Source of the DNA: Octopus bimaculoides
Taxonomy: Eukaryota
Length of the DNA: 64,000 nt
Assembly: GCF_001194135.2 (NCBI RefSeq)
Contig: NC_068990.1
Coordinates: 16,471,103-16,535,102 of the forward strand
Direction: 5' to 3'
Made by a program: the position numbers and the translations under genes. Of this stretch, positions 60,932-64,000 are shown piece by piece (positions within the stretch are counted from its first letter, which is position 1; every line of letters begins with the position of its first letter). A model generated the notes under the pieces. That model was not told the DNA's origin and made no database searches. It worked only from the letters and a program-made list of their open reading frames with translations.

Positions 60932-61789
60932 CTAAGTGGAAAAATAAATAAATGCCCTGAGCAATCAGAGATGCAGCTCATATTGATATACAAAGTAACA
61001 GTGGAAACATAAGTAGGGTTTATATTTTAAAGGTTGTCACCAGTGGTGTAAAATTAGATTCAAGAAAGGTATTTAAAGTCCTAAACATTTCAACATGCTG
61101 TCAATCCAGTACTTCAACATCAAGAGGGAACCAGTAGAGAAAATTGATAACATTTTCCAAGTCAACATAGTAAAGAATCTTAAAAGTACTTTTAGAGAGA
61201 AATTGAAAGCCTTGTTATCTTGTACAGCAAAGCATTTGATTAACAAGTTACAAACATTCATCGAATTCACCTAACATTCAACAGAAGCACTGACCATTCT
61301 TTTCAACTGAATCATCCAGTTGTATCAAGATAAATGGATGAAATAACATTCAAAATACCTAAGTAGTGTGATCCTGACTTCTGGTCGTAGCTATGCACTA
61401 AAACACTTAGTCAAAACCTGTACCAAGTCAAACAATCAGAAGGAGCCATAAGGAATTTCTACACAATGCTCTAAAACTGATAAACATCTCTTTTCACTAA
61501 ATCTGGCTGGGTGAGTTTACACATAACATATATAAATAATGGGCAGTAAACTAGCAGAATTGACACAAAGTTTACCTTTCACCCATTTGGAATTGATAAA
61601 ATAAGTACCAGTTGAGCACTAAGGTTGATGTAATCGACTTAACCATTCCCCCATAATTGCTAGCCTTTTCAAAAATTTGAAACAGATGATGCCCTGGCTG
61701 CCTCTAAGAGCCAACAGGCACACACATAACAGGCTTAGAAAGGACCCGATTAGTGCCCTAGGCTGCCTGGGAGTCAACTATTGAGATCA

Positions 61790-62310
61790 ACCTCACCAGC
61801 ATGGACTTCCCAGATGTCACTCTAGACTTGGGCTCCAGTACACACAGGCCCTACTGCACACCAAACGAGAAGCTGTCCTACATCAACACAGCCTCCTGCC
61901 AACCCCACTATCATATTCAAGAATTTAGTGAAGGGAGTCAGCAAGAGGATCTCGAACTTATCCTCAAGCCAAGAAATGTTTGACACCACAGCCACCTATT
62001 ACGAGGCACTGACGTCCAGTAGGTTTAAGGACTGCATCTCTGCAACATCGTTTGGTTTGCCCCACCCTTCTCAGTCAATGTAAAGACTCATGTGGGAAGA
62101 ATATTCCTCAGGATAGTAGGCAAACACTTCAGACATACAGGAATGGAGCTTTTATTGCACACCCACCATGAAAAGTATATTAGCAAACATCCATAAAACG
62201 CGGGNNNNNNNNNNNNNGGGGGGGGGGGAGGTTGCTCATGTAGGGAGTACAATGACTGCCCAGTGGGGGACCAATGCAAGGCCGAGGAAATCATTTATAA
62301 GGTTGTGATG
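61790..62310 (+). mobile_element. Penelope-like retroelement relic (RT thumb and linker before GIY-YIG)
   Basis: Frameshifted translation: DFPDVTLDL..STHRPYCTPNEKLSYINTAS, IFKNLVKGVSKRISNLSSSQEMF, NIVWFAPPFSVNVKTHVGRIFLRIVGKHF, CSCREYNDCPVGDQCKAEEIIYKV. Confidence 0.7.
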
Positions 62311-62721
62311 GTACCCAGACCTAGCAACCATAGTAATAGCAGCAATGGCTCATCCAACAACACTGACAGAAACACCAGCATGGACGCCAACACCTGCAAA
62401 GCTACCAGTCCCACACCTAGTATTACCAATGACAGCAACCACATGACCATCGGCAACAGCAGCAGCAACCATGGCACAAGCTAGAAGCAACCTAAAGGCA
62501 GAATTGCACATTCACCATTTTAGCCCATATGGACTGCTAATTGAACTAGTCTAAGGTAATCGGTCATCGCTGAACCGAATTGTTTATTAACTGACCGTAA
62601 CAGAATTCTACCTCCACAGTTTGAAAAGCTATATGGCCTTTGCTACTAGAGTCTGACGAGTCGTCCATAATGCATATGCAAAACCATTGTGCCCTCTATG
62701 ATCGGACATACACTCAACTGC

Positions 62722-62756
<35 letters not shown>

Positions 62757-62850
62757 CAGTAACTACAAGTGTTTGTGGTATTGCTATTGAAGAATTCTAA
62801 AACAAAATAACTGTGAAACATACAACTGATCAACAAGAAGAATAAGTTAC

Positions 62851-62985
62851 CTTGATTTTCTTGGGTGGCAAGAAGTCCCAATCAGATTCCAAATCGCCAC
62901 TTTCAACTTTCTCGTTATCAATTTTCACTTCGTAAGTGTTGTCTGGTTTTACTATCAAGGTGTACAAGTGGGTATAAACATCATC
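62851..62985 (-). CDS. CALR: Calreticulin exon (DDVYTHLYTLIVKPDNTYEVKIDNEKVESGDLESDWDFLPPKKIK)
   Basis: Calreticulin signature; 135 nt; TACAG acceptor and GTAAC donor. Confidence 0.96.
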
Positions 62986-63096
62986 CTGTAATAATTTCAA
63001 ATGAATTTGATCAGCAATTTGTACAGATGCCAAATAATCAAAAAAAAAAAAAATTTTCTTGACAAATATAAAAATTATTAAGCTTTGCACCCTCAC

Positions 63097-63191
63097 CTTG
63101 CATCGGATATCTTTTTTAGTCAACAAGTTCTTTCCTTTGTAGTTGAAGATGACATGTACTTTCTTTGTGCCAGGACCGCAGATATCAGGAC
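63097..63191 (-). CDS. CALR: Calreticulin N-domain exon (GPDICGPGTKKVHVIFNYKGKNLLTKKDIRCK); upstream exons outside the window
   Basis: GPDICG signature; 95 nt; CCAG acceptor and GTGAGG donor. Confidence 0.96.
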
Positions 63192-64000
63192 CTGGAGATA
63201 TATAATACATTCATTATTGTTAACAGACATGTTAGTTTCTTGTACAAATTTCTGTCACTAGACCAAGGCAAAGTTAAAGCACCACTATTGAGGAATTTCA
63301 GCAATTATATTAACCCCAGTAATTAGTAATATACTCATCTTTATCTTCTGTTATATTTTTGTTGAAATATACAGTATTTTTTCAACAAATTTTGAAAATA
63401 AGAGTCTATTAAAATTATTCAACTGATGTTTGAAACGGAAATTAACATGAAATTTTGATGGAAGGTTTAAATATCTTAATTTTTTAATACAATTCCTAAT
63501 AACGTTTAGTTATAAAAATAAGCTGGGTTTTTTTAATATATATTAAAAAAAAAAGTGAATGAATATGAGGATTCCATAGAGTAAAATAGGCACCAATGGC
63601 AAAATCATTTGAGAAACACTGCTATAACTAAGCTTCTGCTCTATTTATTAATATACTAGCAGAAATACCAGGCTTTGCCCGGGTTAAAGAGAATAATGAA
63701 ATCTAAAAACGCCGTGTAGACGTTTAGTAGCTACGATACCATATTTCTACATTAATAACTCTCCAATCCATGCCAGCATGGAACATAGACATTAAGTGGA
63801 ATGCCAGTCTCTCATCTAGGAAGGCCTTGAACTCAATGTTACCAACTGGGGACTATGTGTGTCGCAGTGATAATAAAAAGACTCAAAGGAGGTCTGCAAC
63901 GAAATAATTTTACTCAACACTTTGCAAGTGAATCAGTGGAGGCAAAGATGCATCTCATTTACTTGACAATTTATGCACCACATTGCAGAAATCACAATGT

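Overview
AT-rich, repeat-dense eukaryotic (animal) genomic DNA with many N gaps. The SINE, LINE and microsatellite content looks like a coleoid cephalopod, probably Octopus (inference, no search run). Two convergent intron-containing genes were reconstructed by hand from splice sites and frame continuity. (1) A + strand 11-coding-exon, 471-aa MFS transporter of the oxalate:formate antiporter (OFA/OxlT)-like type, CDS 14059-46120. (2) The 3' eight exons of calreticulin on the - strand (63191 down to 55641; the 5' exons lie beyond the window), which apparently ends in a non-canonical -HGGEL. The rest is transposon relics (RTE LINEs with a PHD-like finger, a BovB-like RTE, a CR1/L2-type LINE, mariner, Penelope-like, tRNA-derived SINEs, Merlin-, MULE- and piggyBac-like MITEs), simple repeats and a ~1.4 kb tandem duplication. 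The most unusual signals involve telomeric repeats: a GC-rich, structured-RNA-like segment fused to (GGTTAG)5 at 574-670, and a MULE-like MITE family carrying TTAGGG arrays. All family names come from motif recognition by eye, not database searches. Element boundaries are approximate unless TIR/TSD coordinates are given.
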